Part shown: positions 25,918-35,346 of the stretch, in pieces
Layout: each line of letters begins with the position of its first letter
How positions within the stretch are numbered: the first letter of the stretch is position 1
From: an uncultured delta proteobacterium
Lineage (GTDB): Bacteria; Myxococcota_A; UBA9160; UBA4427
NCBI GenBank assembly: GCA_963822965.1
Contig: CAWGJT010000010.1
Location: 96,001-160,000 of the forward strand
Direction of reading: 5' to 3'
DNA length: 64,000 nucleotides
Made by a program: the position numbers and the translations under genes
Notes under the pieces: generated by a model
Seen by the model: the letters and a program-made list of their open reading frames with translations, nothing else
Database searches by the model: none
What the model was told of the DNA's origin: nothing

Positions 25918-26364
25918 CTAGTTCGCCACGAGTGCGGGCGCGGCCCGCGACGGGGCCGCTTCGTTGTCGAGCCCGCGGCTTCCGCCGAAGGCGTCGTAGT
26001 TGCGGGATTCCTTCTCGAACGCCGCCTCCGCGGAGGGCGCGTAGCTGTACGCGAAGCGCGTATAGCTGCTTTCGGCGCTCGCCACGTGACCGAGCACGGG
26101 CCTGTCCAGCGGCATGAGGCGGCCACGGCAAGTGTCCCAGGCCGCCCTGCCGGGAGGGGCGTATCGGTCGTACCGGCTCGGCATGTCCACCCACTCGTGC
26201 AGCCGTCGTCGCACGTCGGAGTCCGAGCGTCCCACGTAGAACACGATGAACGTGTCGCCGTCCATGTACCCGAGCGCGTAGTTGCCTGGGGACGTCCGGG
26301 TCATGGCCTCGTCGATCGCCTGGTCACTCAGCGGATAGGAGCCGCTCATGTCGAGCGTTCGCAC
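25918..26364 (-). CDS. Standalone GIY-YIG-like nuclease
   Basis: GNYALG...FYVGRSD.D...RL, AFEKE and LDN give the GIY/YIG strands plus Arg, Glu and Asn; GTG start with GGAG upstream. Confidence 0.7.
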   Translation of the reverse strand: MRTLDMSGSYPLSDQAIDEAMTRTSPGNYALGYMDGDTFIVFYVGRSDSDVRRRLHEWVDMPSRYDRYAPPGRAAWDTCRGRLMPLDRPVLGHVASAESSYTRFAYSYAPSAEAAFEKESRNYDAFGGSRGLDNEAAPSRAAPALVAN

Positions 26365-26483
26365 GACGGGAGACTCCGTCTCGAGCTCCCGGGGTTCGCT
26401 CGTCGCTGTTCTCGCTGTTCGATTCTGCACGCTGCCTCGATTCTCGACGGCTCGCCCTCGGGCGAACCTTTCTGTCGATGTCG

Positions 26484-26561
26484 CAAAGTATATCAAACTT
26501 TTTAAGTATATCAAGCAGTCCGCGTGGTGTGCTTGATATATCAAGCAAACTGGTCGATACT
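26484..26561. promoter_or_regulatory. Divergent promoter/operator: 18-bp palindrome plus two half-sites
   Basis: TGCTTGATATATCAAGCA at 26530-26547; AAGTATATCAA at 26486 and 26504; TTGATA-17bp-GATACT promoter facing the HTH gene. Confidence 0.8.
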
Positions 26562-26567
26562 CCGGGC

Positions 26568-26966
26568 ATGCGAGATGGCGCCCCCCGAGCCCGACGCAAG
26601 CGGCCGGCCTCCGTCGCGCGGCCCAGCGACCTCGGCGCCGTGCTGGCCGACTTGCGCATGGCCAAGGGCCTCTCGCTTCGGCAGGTGGAAGAGGCGACGG
26701 GCAAGGCCGTTTCGAACGCCTACCTGAGCCAGCTCGAGAACGGGAAGATCAAGAAGCCGTCGCCCAACGTGCTGCACAGCCTGGCGGAGGTCTACGGCGT
26801 TCCCTACGAGGCGTTGATGGAGAGGGCCGGATACCTGCCGCCGGCCCAGGACGGAGACCGGCCCCGGAAGAGGCTGGCGGCGTTCGCGATCGACGATCTG
26901 ACCGCGGAAGAGGAGGAAGAGCTCCTCAAGTACCTGGCGTTCCTTCGCTCACGCGCCTCATCATGA
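26568..26966 (+). CDS. XRE-family HTH transcriptional repressor
   Basis: LRMAKGLSLRQVEE...SNAYLSQLENGKIKKPS..L..LA; C-terminal DLTAEEEEELLKYLAFLR helix. Confidence 0.92.
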   Translation: MRDGAPRARRKRPASVARPSDLGAVLADLRMAKGLSLRQVEEATGKAVSNAYLSQLENGKIKKPSPNVLHSLAEVYGVPYEALMERAGYLPPAQDGDRPRKRLAAFAIDDLTAEEEEELLKYLAFLRSRASS

Positions 26967-27251
26967 AGTCGCCGTCGCCAGGGCTCCGCGGGCGGCGGCT
27001 CGCCGCCTTCATGCAATCATCAGGTGGTCCTCAAGTCGGGGAGGGCGGGGCTCTCTAGGCTCGGCTCCATGACCCTGCGCGCCGCCTTCGTGACCGCGTT
27101 GCCGACGCCGACGCTCCCGCCCCGGGCGCCCCCGGAGCCTTCCCCCGGGCGCTTCCGGACTAGCATCCTGCTGGCCGTCTTCCTGGCGGCCGGGCTGCTG
27201 CCGGTCTGCCCCTGCGCACCGGCGGACCCTTCGGGACGCTACGATCGAGCC

Positions 27252-30200
27252 ATGCGCTTCCACTTCGCGGACTTCGAGGTGGACGAGGAGGGCTTCGCCC
27301 TTCGCAGGTCCGGGGAGCCGGTTGCGATCGCGCCGCTGCCGCTCAAGCTCCTCGTCCATCTGCTGCGGCGCTACCCGGCCGCGCCGTCCCGCGACGAGAT
27401 CATGGACGAGCTCTGGCCGGACGCCATCGTGAGCGAGGCGTCCCTCTCCCAGGCGGTGCGCGCGGCACGCATCGCCCTCGGCGAGGGCGCCCGCACCGAC
27501 GGCGTGCTGCGTACGGTGCGGGGCCGGGGCTTCAAGATCGGCGTCCCGGTGCGGACCGACAGTGACTCCGCCGTGTCGGCGGAGCTTCCGGAGCCGCGCG
27601 ATCCGCTGGTGGGCCGGGAGCGCGAGATGGAGCGGGGCCGTGCGGCCCTCGCTCGCGCCCTGGGCGGCCAGCCGAGCTTCTTCGTGCTGATCGGCGACCC
27701 GGGGATCGGGAAGACGCGCCTGGCGGAGGAGCTCGCCGCCGAGGCGAGCACGGCGGGGGCCCTGGTCCTCTTCGGCCGCGCCAGCGAGGGCGGCCACCAG
27801 CCGGCGTTCTGGCCGTGGCTGCAGATCCTGCGCGGCTACGCGTCGGCCACCGATCCGGCGACGCTGGCCGGGCTCCTGGGCCGCGGTGCGGCCGACGTAG
27901 CCACCGTCGCGCCGGACATCGCCGAGCGGCTCTCCCTCGCATCCCGGGCCTCGACGCTCGAGCCGGAGCAGGCGCGCTTCGCGTTCTTCGACGCCATGGA
28001 CCGCTTCCTCGTCCGCGCCTCGCGCCAGCAGCCGTTGGTGCTGGTGCTCGACGACCTGCACTGGGCCGACGAGGGCTCGCTGCTGCTGCTGGAGTTCCTG
28101 TCGCGCGAGCTCGGTGGCGCCCGGTTGCTGCTCGTTGCGACCAGCCGAAGCGCCGAGCTCGCCGAGGCGCCCGAGCTGCAGCGCGCCCTGGCGGCGCTGG
28201 CGCGCGCGGCCCAGGGCTTCGACAGCCTCACCCTCACGGGGCTCGAGCGCGAGGACATGGCCTGGCTCATCGAGGCCTGGGCGGGCGAGCCTCCTTCGCC
28301 GGCGCTGCTCGAGGCGGTCTGCGATCGCAGCGAGGGTAATCCCCTGTTCGCGCGGGAGCTGGTGCGTTGGCTCGCGGCCGGCGGCCCGGCGGGCAGGGAA
28401 GCGATGGAGGAGATCCCGGTCGGCGTGCAGCAGCTGATCCGCCAGCGGCTCCGCGAGCTGCCGGAGGAGGGCCGTCGCGCGCTCGCGACGGCCGCCCTGA
28501 TCGGCCGTGAGTTCCCCGTCCTGCTGCTGTCCCGGGCCTGCGAGCAGGAGCCCGAGGCGCTGTTGGCGGCGATCGAGCCGGCCGAGCGGGCGGGCATCCT
28601 CGACGCGGTGCCGGGCGGCGCGGGACGCCTGCGCTTCGCGCACGCGCTCGTGCAGGAGGTGCTGGAGGCGGATCTCTCGAGCCGCGAGCGGGCCGGGCTC
28701 CACCTCCGGGTGGGAGAGGCGCTGGCGGCGCTGAACGCCGCCCACGCCGAACGGGTGCTGCCGGAGCTGGCGGCGCACTTCGCCGCGGCGCTGCCCCTGG
28801 GCGACCCGAAGCGGCCCTTCGATTACGCGCTGCGCGCCGCGGAGATGGATCTTCGCCTGCTGGCGTTCGAGCAGGCCGTCCGCAACGCCCGGCTCGCCCT
28901 GCGCATCGCCGACGAGACCGGCGCGCTGCCGCCGGCGGCGCGCAACCGGGTGCTGCTGCTGCTCGCCGACGCGCAGTTCCACGCGGGACGACGGGAGGAT
29001 GCCGCGCGAACGTGGTGGGCCCTGGTCGACTCGGCACGTCGCAGCCGCGACGCGGCGGCGCTGGCGGACGCGGCCATGTCCCTCGCCCTCGCGAACGTCT
29101 TCACGGCCCACTCCCACCAGGAGACCGTCGGACTGCTGCGCGAGGCCCTCGACGGTCTCGGCGGTGGGGACAGCCCGCGCCGCGCTCGGCTGCTCTCCTG
29201 GCTGGCCCGTCAGGTGACCTGGACCGACGAGAGCGACCGCCAGGACGAGCTCACGTGCGAGGCCGTGGAGATGGCCAGGCGCCTCGGCCGCGACGCGAGC
29301 CAGGACCCCGACCCGCGCGGCGACGAGACGCTCCTCGACGTGCTCGGTGCCCGCGGCTCGGTGCTCGAGCACGGAGGCGCCGACGAAGACCGGCAGGCGA
29401 CCTACGACGAGCTGCTGACCCGTGCCCGGCAGAGCGGATCCCGCGTCTTCGAGGCCGACGCGCTCACCCTGCGCCTCCAGCACCGCATCGAGCTGGTCGA
29501 CGCCGGCGGCATCGACCGCGATCTCGCGCTGCTGGAACGCCTGGGCGAGGATCTCCGGCACCCGTTCTATCGGGCCTTCGCGGCGCGCGCCAAGGCCATG
29601 CGTGCGCTCTGGCGCGGCGATCCGGACGCCGAGTCCCTCGTGCAGCAGGCCACCGCCGCCGGCCAGGAGGTGGATCGCGAGCATGCGGCCGTGGTGCTGG
29701 CCGCCCAGCTCACCGCGCTCCGCCGACTGCAGGGGCGGGTCGGCGAGCTGGAGGCCGGCGCGCGGGAGGCGGCAGACCGCTACCCCATGATGGCGTCCTT
29801 CCGGTGCGGGCTCGCGGCGATCCAGCTCGAGGCGGGAGACCCGGTGGCCGCGCGCGAGACCTTCGAGCGGCTGGCCGAGGGGGACTTCGCGGAGATTCGA
29901 CCGGACCGGCCGAACTACGCCCTGAACCTCGCCCTGCTGGCCGAGGTCTGCGTGCAGCTCGGGGACGCGGATCGCGCCCGCCCGCTCCGCGCGAAGCTCG
30001 CGCCCCTCGCCGGCCGCTACCTGACCGCTCCCAACGCCGTCACCGCCGGGTGCGCCTCCCGGCCCCTGGGCGCGTTGGCGGCCCTGCTGGGCGAGAGCGA
30101 GGAGGCCGAGCGCTTCTTCGCCGAGGCGCTCGAGGTCGAGCGGCGCATGGGCGCCCGGACCTGGACCGTGGCCACGTTATGCGAGCGGGGACGCGCCCGG

Positions 30201-30350
30201 GCGAAGACCCGGCCCGGAGACGCCCGGGAAGACCTGGACGAGGCGGTCCGGCTGGCTTCGGCCGGAAGCCTCGCCGGACCGCTGGCGGCCGCGGAGGCCC
30301 TCCGCGGCGCGCTGCCCGCGCCCCGGCGTCGGCGCAAGAAATCCAGCTGA
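27252..30350 (+). CDS. Large transcriptional regulator: winged-helix (OmpR/CadC-type) + AAA/STAND ATPase + TPR-like repeats
   Basis: SRDEIMDELWPD.IVSEASL.QAV...RTVRGRGF; LVGRERE, GDPGIGKTRL, LVLDDLHWAD, SEGNPLF, RFAHALV. Confidence 0.9.
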   Translation: MRFHFADFEVDEEGFALRRSGEPVAIAPLPLKLLVHLLRRYPAAPSRDEIMDELWPDAIVSEASLSQAVRAARIALGEGARTDGVLRTVRGRGFKIGVPVRTDSDSAVSAELPEPRDPLVGREREMERGRAALARALGGQPSFFVLIGDPGIGKTRLAEELAAEASTAGALVLFGRASEGGHQPAFWPWLQILRGYASATDPATLAGLLGRGAADVATVAPDIAERLSLASRASTLEPEQARFAFFDAMDRFLVRASRQQPLVLVLDDLHWADEGSLLLLEFLSRELGGARLLLVATSRSAELAEAPELQRALAALARAAQGFDSLTLTGLEREDMAWLIEAWAGEPPSPALLEAVCDRSEGNPLFARELVRWLAAGGPAGREAMEEIPVGVQQLIRQRLRELPEEGRRALATAALIGREFPVLLLSRACEQEPEALLAAIEPAERAGILDAVPGGAGRLRFAHALVQEVLEADLSSRERAGLHLRVGEALAALNAAHAERVLPELAAHFAAALPLGDPKRPFDYALRAAEMDLRLLAFEQAVRNARLALRIADETGALPPAARNRVLLLLADAQFHAGRREDAARTWWALVDSARRSRDAAALADAAMSLALANVFTAHSHQETVGLLREALDGLGGGDSPRRARLLSWLARQVTWTDESDRQDELTCEAVEMARRLGRDASQDPDPRGDETLLDVLGARGSVLEHGGADEDRQATYDELLTRARQSGSRVFEADALTLRLQHRIELVDAGGIDRDLALLERLGEDLRHPFYRAFAARAKAMRALWRGDPDAESLVQQATAAGQEVDREHAAVVLAAQLTALRRLQGRVGELEAGAREAADRYPMMASFRCGLAAIQLEAGDPVAARETFERLAEGDFAEIRPDRPNYALNLALLAEVCVQLGDADRARPLRAKLAPLAGRYLTAPNAVTAGCASRPLGALAALLGESEEAERFFAEALEVERRMGARTWTVATLCERGRARAKTRPGDAREDLDEAVRLASAGSLAGPLAAAEALRGALPAPRRRRKKSS

Positions 30351-30383
30351 GCGTCCTCGGCGCCGTGTAAGATGTCCTTCAGG

Positions 30384-31067
30384 ATGGCGAAGAGGAACCC
30401 TCTCATGCGTAGCCGACACGTGCTCGCGTTCGTCTGCCTCTCGTCGATCCTGCTCTTCGTCCCGGGCGTCGCGCTCTCGGCGACCACGCCCTGTCCCCAG
30501 GGTGATCTCGGGGCACTCCCGGTGACCATCGGCGGGGTCAAGATCCGCCCCTGGAGCAGCGCGAACATCTCCAGCACGACACCGGCCACCCAGGAGAGCT
30601 GCGTGTTCCTCGAGGCCGTCGGTCCGACTTCGTCGCCCCTCTACGTGGACCACAACCTGGAAGTGGCGGGCGCCGTCGGCCCGTGGAACCTGGTGTCGCA
30701 CTCGTCGATCAACATCTCGGGCGGCGTGTCCGTCACCTGCTCGACGACGGGCAACGTCGCGCGCACGGCCCCGACGTCGGGCAGCCTGCCCATGGGCTCG
30801 GTCACCGACATCTGCTGCTTCGTCTGGGAGGCCGAGCCGCCCGGCACCTGCGCGGAGCTCCCCGCGGACGGAGACCTGGTACACCACACGCTGAGCTCGG
30901 GCGGCGAGGCGGACATGCCCCTCTTCTCCTACGTGCCCGTCGGCGGGACCACCTGCGGGCTGGTGGGCATCGAGCCGCTGCTCCTGGTGCTCGTGCTGCG
31001 GCGCTTCCATTGCCGGTCTCGAGGGGGCCGGTCGCGAAGGAGTCGGTCGCGAGGGGGGCGGTCGTGA
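30384..31067 (+). CDS. Secreted Cys-containing protein with C-terminal CGL..EP-TM-Arg-rich tail
   Basis: Signal peptide; ends TTCGLVGIEPLLLVLVLRRFHCRSR...; start could be 30372, 30384 or 30405. Confidence 0.7.
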   Translation: MAKRNPLMRSRHVLAFVCLSSILLFVPGVALSATTPCPQGDLGALPVTIGGVKIRPWSSANISSTTPATQESCVFLEAVGPTSSPLYVDHNLEVAGAVGPWNLVSHSSINISGGVSVTCSTTGNVARTAPTSGSLPMGSVTDICCFVWEAEPPGTCAELPADGDLVHHTLSSGGEADMPLFSYVPVGGTTCGLVGIEPLLLVLVLRRFHCRSRGGRSRRSRSRGGRS

Positions 31068-31828
31068 GGGCGCCGGCATTCCTCCTGGCGGGGCTGCTCG
31101 CGACGAGCCTCGCGTCCACGGCCCGGGCGGACGTGAGCGCGATCCTCGGGGTCGATGCCACGACGAGCGTTCGGACCACCCTGCTCTCGATGGGGGAGGA
31201 CACCCAGCCTGCCACCCCCGTCGGCAGCGTCGTCCTGCACCTCGGCCTCACCCAGGACCCCGTCTATGGCCTGGTGGCCCAGAGCGTCGAGATCCTGCCC
31301 GCGAGCCTGGCCATCGGCGATCTCGGCTGGGGCGTGTCGGGAAGCTTCGAAGACCTGGAGGTGACGCTGACCGACGGTGCGGTGGATCTCGCGAGCTCGC
31401 GGCTGGCCGCGGTGCCCGTCGGCGATCACACCGCGGAGCTTGCCGCGAGCGATTTCACCGTCGGGCTCCAGGCCGGCCTCCTCACCGCCACGGGGACCGT
31501 GCTCGACCAGCCCATCGCCGTGCTGCGCGAGCTCGCCACCGAGACCTGGCCCATCGACCTGAGCCAGCCCGCCACGATCGTCACCACGCCCCTGCCGGGC
31601 GGCGCCGTGGCGGTCGAGCTGCGGATCCCGGTGCAGGAGGGCGTTCCGCTCGCGCCTCCGTTCCTGGTCTCGTGGCTGACCGTGGACGGAACCCTGGTGC
31701 TCTCGGGAACGACCACGGTCCCCGTCCCCGCCTCGCCCCATCCGCTCTGGATCGGCGTCGCGCTCGTGCTCGCCACCCTCGCCGCCGATCGCGCGATGCG
31801 GCGGGGCGGCGGGCGCGAGCACGCCTAG
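31064..31828 (+). CDS. Secreted protein with IPTL/VP-CTERM-like tail
   Basis: GTG overlaps the upstream TGA; signal peptide (..ASTARA); ends VPVPASPHPLWIGVALVLATLAADRAMRR. Confidence 0.7.
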   Translation: MRAPAFLLAGLLATSLASTARADVSAILGVDATTSVRTTLLSMGEDTQPATPVGSVVLHLGLTQDPVYGLVAQSVEILPASLAIGDLGWGVSGSFEDLEVTLTDGAVDLASSRLAAVPVGDHTAELAASDFTVGLQAGLLTATGTVLDQPIAVLRELATETWPIDLSQPATIVTTPLPGGAVAVELRIPVQEGVPLAPPFLVSWLTVDGTLVLSGTTTVPVPASPHPLWIGVALVLATLAADRAMRRGGGREHA

Positions 31829-31936
31829 CAGGCCGACCCAGGATGGGTCGGCTTGCGCCGCAAAGGGCACCCAACGGGCTCTCTCGGCTAGCAGGGTTGC
31901 GCCGCAAAGGGAGCCCAACGGGCTCTCTCGGCTAGC
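31825..31936. repeat. REP-like composite: hairpin plus two 40-bp direct repeats, bounded by CTAG
   Basis: gcaggccgaccca-gga-tgggtcggcttgc; ttgcgccgcaaaggg(ca/ag)cccaacgggctctctcggctagc at 31853 and 31897; lies between convergent genes. Confidence 0.85.
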
Positions 31937-32567
31937 GAGCTCGCGGTCGCAGACAGAACAGCAGGGAACATCCCGCCAGCAGGCCGGCGAGCTGGCCCGG
32001 CTCGGGCACGGGAAGAATGGCCAGGGTGGCGACGGCGACCGGCTGTGCGCTGAGGTCGGCGGTGACCACGTGCACGCCGGTGACGTCGACCTGGGAGGGG
32101 AGCGTCGGGTCGGTGGACTGCACCAGCAGGTCGCCCACCCACACCGGAGCGACGCTCGGCGGTGAGACCACGCTCACGGCCGTGGCGGTGAGCTCGTCGA
32201 CGACCTGGCTGGTGGACAGGTTGTAGTAGACGCCGGGTGCGGGCGTGAAGGAGAGCAGCTCCGCGTTGGGACCGGCCTGCACCGTCACGTGCCAGCCGCA
32301 GATCTCGTTTCCGTCGCCGTCCTCGCAGGCCGTTCCGGACGTGGTCGGGTTGCTCCCCGCGGTGTCCGCGTAGAGATGGAGCCACTCGGGCCCCGGGCTC
32401 GGCAGCACGGGGGTCGTGGTGGGCGGGACGCCGTCGTTGCCGGCACTGTGGTAGAGCGCCGCCTGCGCGTCGGCTCGTCCTGCGGCCAGGACGAGGGCTC
32501 CGAGCAGCGCAGGGACGAGCAGCGCGACGGAGCACGAGGTCGAAGCAGAGGTCGTCGGGCGGGACAT
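31932..32567 (-). CDS. PEP-CTERM protein
   Basis: Signal peptide; ends VPEPGQLAGLLAGCSLLFCLRPRAR. Confidence 0.85.
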   Translation of the reverse strand: MSRPTTSASTSCSVALLVPALLGALVLAAGRADAQAALYHSAGNDGVPPTTTPVLPSPGPEWLHLYADTAGSNPTTSGTACEDGDGNEICGWHVTVQAGPNAELLSFTPAPGVYYNLSTSQVVDELTATAVSVVSPPSVAPVWVGDLLVQSTDPTLPSQVDVTGVHVVTADLSAQPVAVATLAILPVPEPGQLAGLLAGCSLLFCLRPRAR

Positions 32568-32601
32568 GGCTTTCTCCTCGGTCGGAGGCAGGGCCGGCTC
32601 C

Positions 32602-35346
32602 TCAATAGAAGGCGGCCGGGTCGTTGCTGGAGGGCAGGTGGTCGCCGGGACCCGGGATCTGGCACAGGTTGTTGGGCGCCTGGCTCAGGGCGGTCTGGAA
32701 GCGGACGCGGATGCTCGCGCTCGTATCGATGCCGTCGGTGGTCTGCACGTGGAAGTGGAGATGCTCGGTGGTGGAGTTGCCCGTGTCGCCGACGCCGCCC
32801 ACCTCGTCGGACCGGTGCAGGATCTGGCCCACGACCGGCGTCACGTCGTTCTGGTTCATGTGCCAGTAGGTCGCGTAGGTGCCGTCCTGGTGGCGGACGT
32901 ACAGGTAGTTGCCGTTGTCGCACGGGTAGTCGTTCTGGCAGCTGGTCTTGGCGGCGGGCGTGACGCACACCGAGTAGCGGCAGAGATTGCCCGGGGCGCA
33001 GTCGCTGTTGTACGTGCACGCGCCGAGGCTCGCGTTCAGGTGGCAGGTCTCGAGCTTGTCGTAGCAGAGGTTGCTCTGGATGAGGCCGTCCACGGTGTTC
33101 GTGTACGGGTCGGAGCTCTCCTTCAGCATGGTGACGCGGCCACCGCGCGCGGCCCGGATGCGATGGCCGAGGGGCGCCACCATGTCCCAGGCGAAGGACT
33201 GGAGGCCCTCGTGGCCGGGGTTCTGGTTGGCGTTTCCGTTGCTCACCGTCCAGGAATCGCCGGAGCCGCCCGGATAGAGGGGGTAGCGGTAGTAGCTGTT
33301 CTCGGTGGCGGGGCTGGGACAGAAGTTCACGACGTCGCGCACGATGGGTTCGACCTTGCAGCTGTACCAGTAGGTGCCGTTGCGGGTGCCCGCGAGGGTG
33401 GGCCAGCGCATGCCGGCGGCGACGGTGACGCCGTGCTTGCGGCTCAGGTAGGCGGCCTGGAGCCAGCTCGAAGGGCCGTGGACCGGATAGAAGTCGTCGT
33501 TGAAGATCTTGAAGCCGTAGCCCTGCTGGGTGGTGACGAGGGTGCCGTTGGCACAGCCGGGCGAGCTCGACGCCGCTTCGCAGGTCTGGGCGAAGAAGTA
33601 CGGATTGTCGACGCTGTGGACGGCGGTGGGATCCGTGGTCGTGCCGATCACGTACTGGAAGCGGTAGCCCGGCTCGTTGTCCTCGAGGTCGAACTCCGAG
33701 TAGCCGTGGATGGACGAGCACAGGGACCCCCGTGCGTGGACCTCGACGGGATAGGTGCGCGGCGTGGCGTAGGCGGTGAACGGGCCGCAGGTTCCCAGGA
33801 TCGGGCAGGTCTGCCGGCGCACGGTGGCGGTCAGGGTCAGCGGGGTGTCGAGCGGGACGTCGTAGGGGATGACCACGGGCCCGTCCCCGGGCGTCAGGTC
33901 CTCGGCCACGGTCTTCGAGCCGATGGTGATCTTCATGCTGTAGCGCGGGAAGTGGTACAGGCTGTCGAAGCCCTCGCACCAGCCCTGGAGGACCATGAAC
34001 CGCATGCCCTGCTCCAGCTCGAGATTGCCGGCGGGCGAGCTTCCCTCGTAGGGCGCGAGCGCGTGGTGGGTCACGGGGGAGAGGTCCCAGGGCGCGAAGC
34101 CCTGCACGGGAGCCAGGCGCAGGTGCAGGCAGGCGGGCTCGAGCGGGCCCGGATCGGCGTCCGCGCAGTCCGGGCAGCTGACGCCCAGGGCCACGCCGAG
34201 GTCGACGCCCACCGAAGCCGAGAGGCTCGTGCCCACCACGTCCACCTGGCCGCTCGGTCCGATGGGCTCCTGGATCGCGCCCGGGGTCAGCGCGATGACG
34301 GTGCCGTCTTCGAGGACGAGCACGCCCAGCTGGTCGTCGATGTCCCGCACGCGCCCGCTCAGGGAGAGCGAGCCCTGGACTGCGCCGCAGCTCGCGTCGA
34401 ACGCGTCCGCGGCGACCTCGGCCGTCGAGATGCCGCGGTCGACCTCCACCAGCGCGATGTCGAAGGCGCCCACCGCCAGCTGGCCGTCGCCCGGGTGGCC
34501 GGAGGACGGGCCGGAGCCCTCGGTCTCCAGGTCGAGACGCAGGTGGGTGTACTCGTCGTCGACGATGCTGCGCCGCAGCATGATCTCGTCGAGGATGCCG
34601 CGGTACAGGCTCGCGGCCGAGCACAGGTTGCCCGAGCGCATGTCGTCCGCCGCCCGGGTCATCTCGGCCATGCCGAGCTGCATGGCGCTTCGCAGGTCCT
34701 GGATCAACGGGTGCTCCGCGAGCTCCGGGGCCGACAGCAGCCTGGCGCCTTCGGCGAGCCCCATGTCGGCGGGCTCCGTCAGGCTCTCGGGGCGAAGCAC
34801 CATGTCGACGCTCGAGCACCCCGCCACGGTGTCCAGGGGGGCGACGCCCGGCGGCGTCTGCGCACACAGGTCCAGCGCGTCTGCCACGCCGTCCTGGTCG
34901 CCGTCCTCACAGCCCGTACCCAGCGGCGGCCCCAGGCCGTCCAGGTTGCGTCGCATCACCACCGCGTTGCGGACGTCGCAGGCCCGCGCCCGGCCCACCA
35001 CGGTGCACTGAGCGAGACCCGCCTGGCTGAGACGGTGACCGACCGGGTCCGCGAGGTAGTCCAGATACTCGTCGAGGTCGGTCGCATCGAAGGCCCCGTC
35101 CCCATTGACGTCGCCGCAGGAGGCGAGGGCCGGCGGTGGCGACACCAAGCCCGTGGTCCCGAGGACGAGGATCGCGACGAGGCAGAGGGCGAGCCTGGAA
35201 GACGACGGCCGGGCGGGATGGGTCTGGCCGGAGGATTTCGGGAGCCTGGGGCCGCCATCGTCGGCCTCGAGCCCGTCCCAGGCGGTCGGAGCGGCCGCCA
35301 GGGCTCCGATGACCTCGCTGAGCAGCGCGATGAGGTGACGTCGCAT
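32602..35346 (-). CDS. Large secreted protein: dockerin-like N-terminus, TSP3-like motif, C-terminal M23 peptidase
   Basis: CGDVNGDGAFDATD; DGDQDGVADALDLC; HEGLQSFAWD, IRAARGGRV, GNY..VRH..G...YWH, GDTGNSTTEHLHF; true start may be downstream. Confidence 0.85.
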   Translation of the reverse strand: MRRHLIALLSEVIGALAAAPTAWDGLEADDGGPRLPKSSGQTHPARPSSSRLALCLVAILVLGTTGLVSPPPALASCGDVNGDGAFDATDLDEYLDYLADPVGHRLSQAGLAQCTVVGRARACDVRNAVVMRRNLDGLGPPLGTGCEDGDQDGVADALDLCAQTPPGVAPLDTVAGCSSVDMVLRPESLTEPADMGLAEGARLLSAPELAEHPLIQDLRSAMQLGMAEMTRAADDMRSGNLCSAASLYRGILDEIMLRRSIVDDEYTHLRLDLETEGSGPSSGHPGDGQLAVGAFDIALVEVDRGISTAEVAADAFDASCGAVQGSLSLSGRVRDIDDQLGVLVLEDGTVIALTPGAIQEPIGPSGQVDVVGTSLSASVGVDLGVALGVSCPDCADADPGPLEPACLHLRLAPVQGFAPWDLSPVTHHALAPYEGSSPAGNLELEQGMRFMVLQGWCEGFDSLYHFPRYSMKITIGSKTVAEDLTPGDGPVVIPYDVPLDTPLTLTATVRRQTCPILGTCGPFTAYATPRTYPVEVHARGSLCSSIHGYSEFDLEDNEPGYRFQYVIGTTTDPTAVHSVDNPYFFAQTCEAASSSPGCANGTLVTTQQGYGFKIFNDDFYPVHGPSSWLQAAYLSRKHGVTVAAGMRWPTLAGTRNGTYWYSCKVEPIVRDVVNFCPSPATENSYYRYPLYPGGSGDSWTVSNGNANQNPGHEGLQSFAWDMVAPLGHRIRAARGGRVTMLKESSDPYTNTVDGLIQSNLCYDKLETCHLNASLGACTYNSDCAPGNLCRYSVCVTPAAKTSCQNDYPCDNGNYLYVRHQDGTYATYWHMNQNDVTPVVGQILHRSDEVGGVGDTGNSTTEHLHFHVQTTDGIDTSASIRVRFQTALSQAPNNLCQIPGPGDHLPSSNDPAAFY

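Noticed and set aside
24911..26966. Prophage or integrative element
   Set aside because: No integrase, att-like flanking repeats, tRNA or phage structural genes seen.
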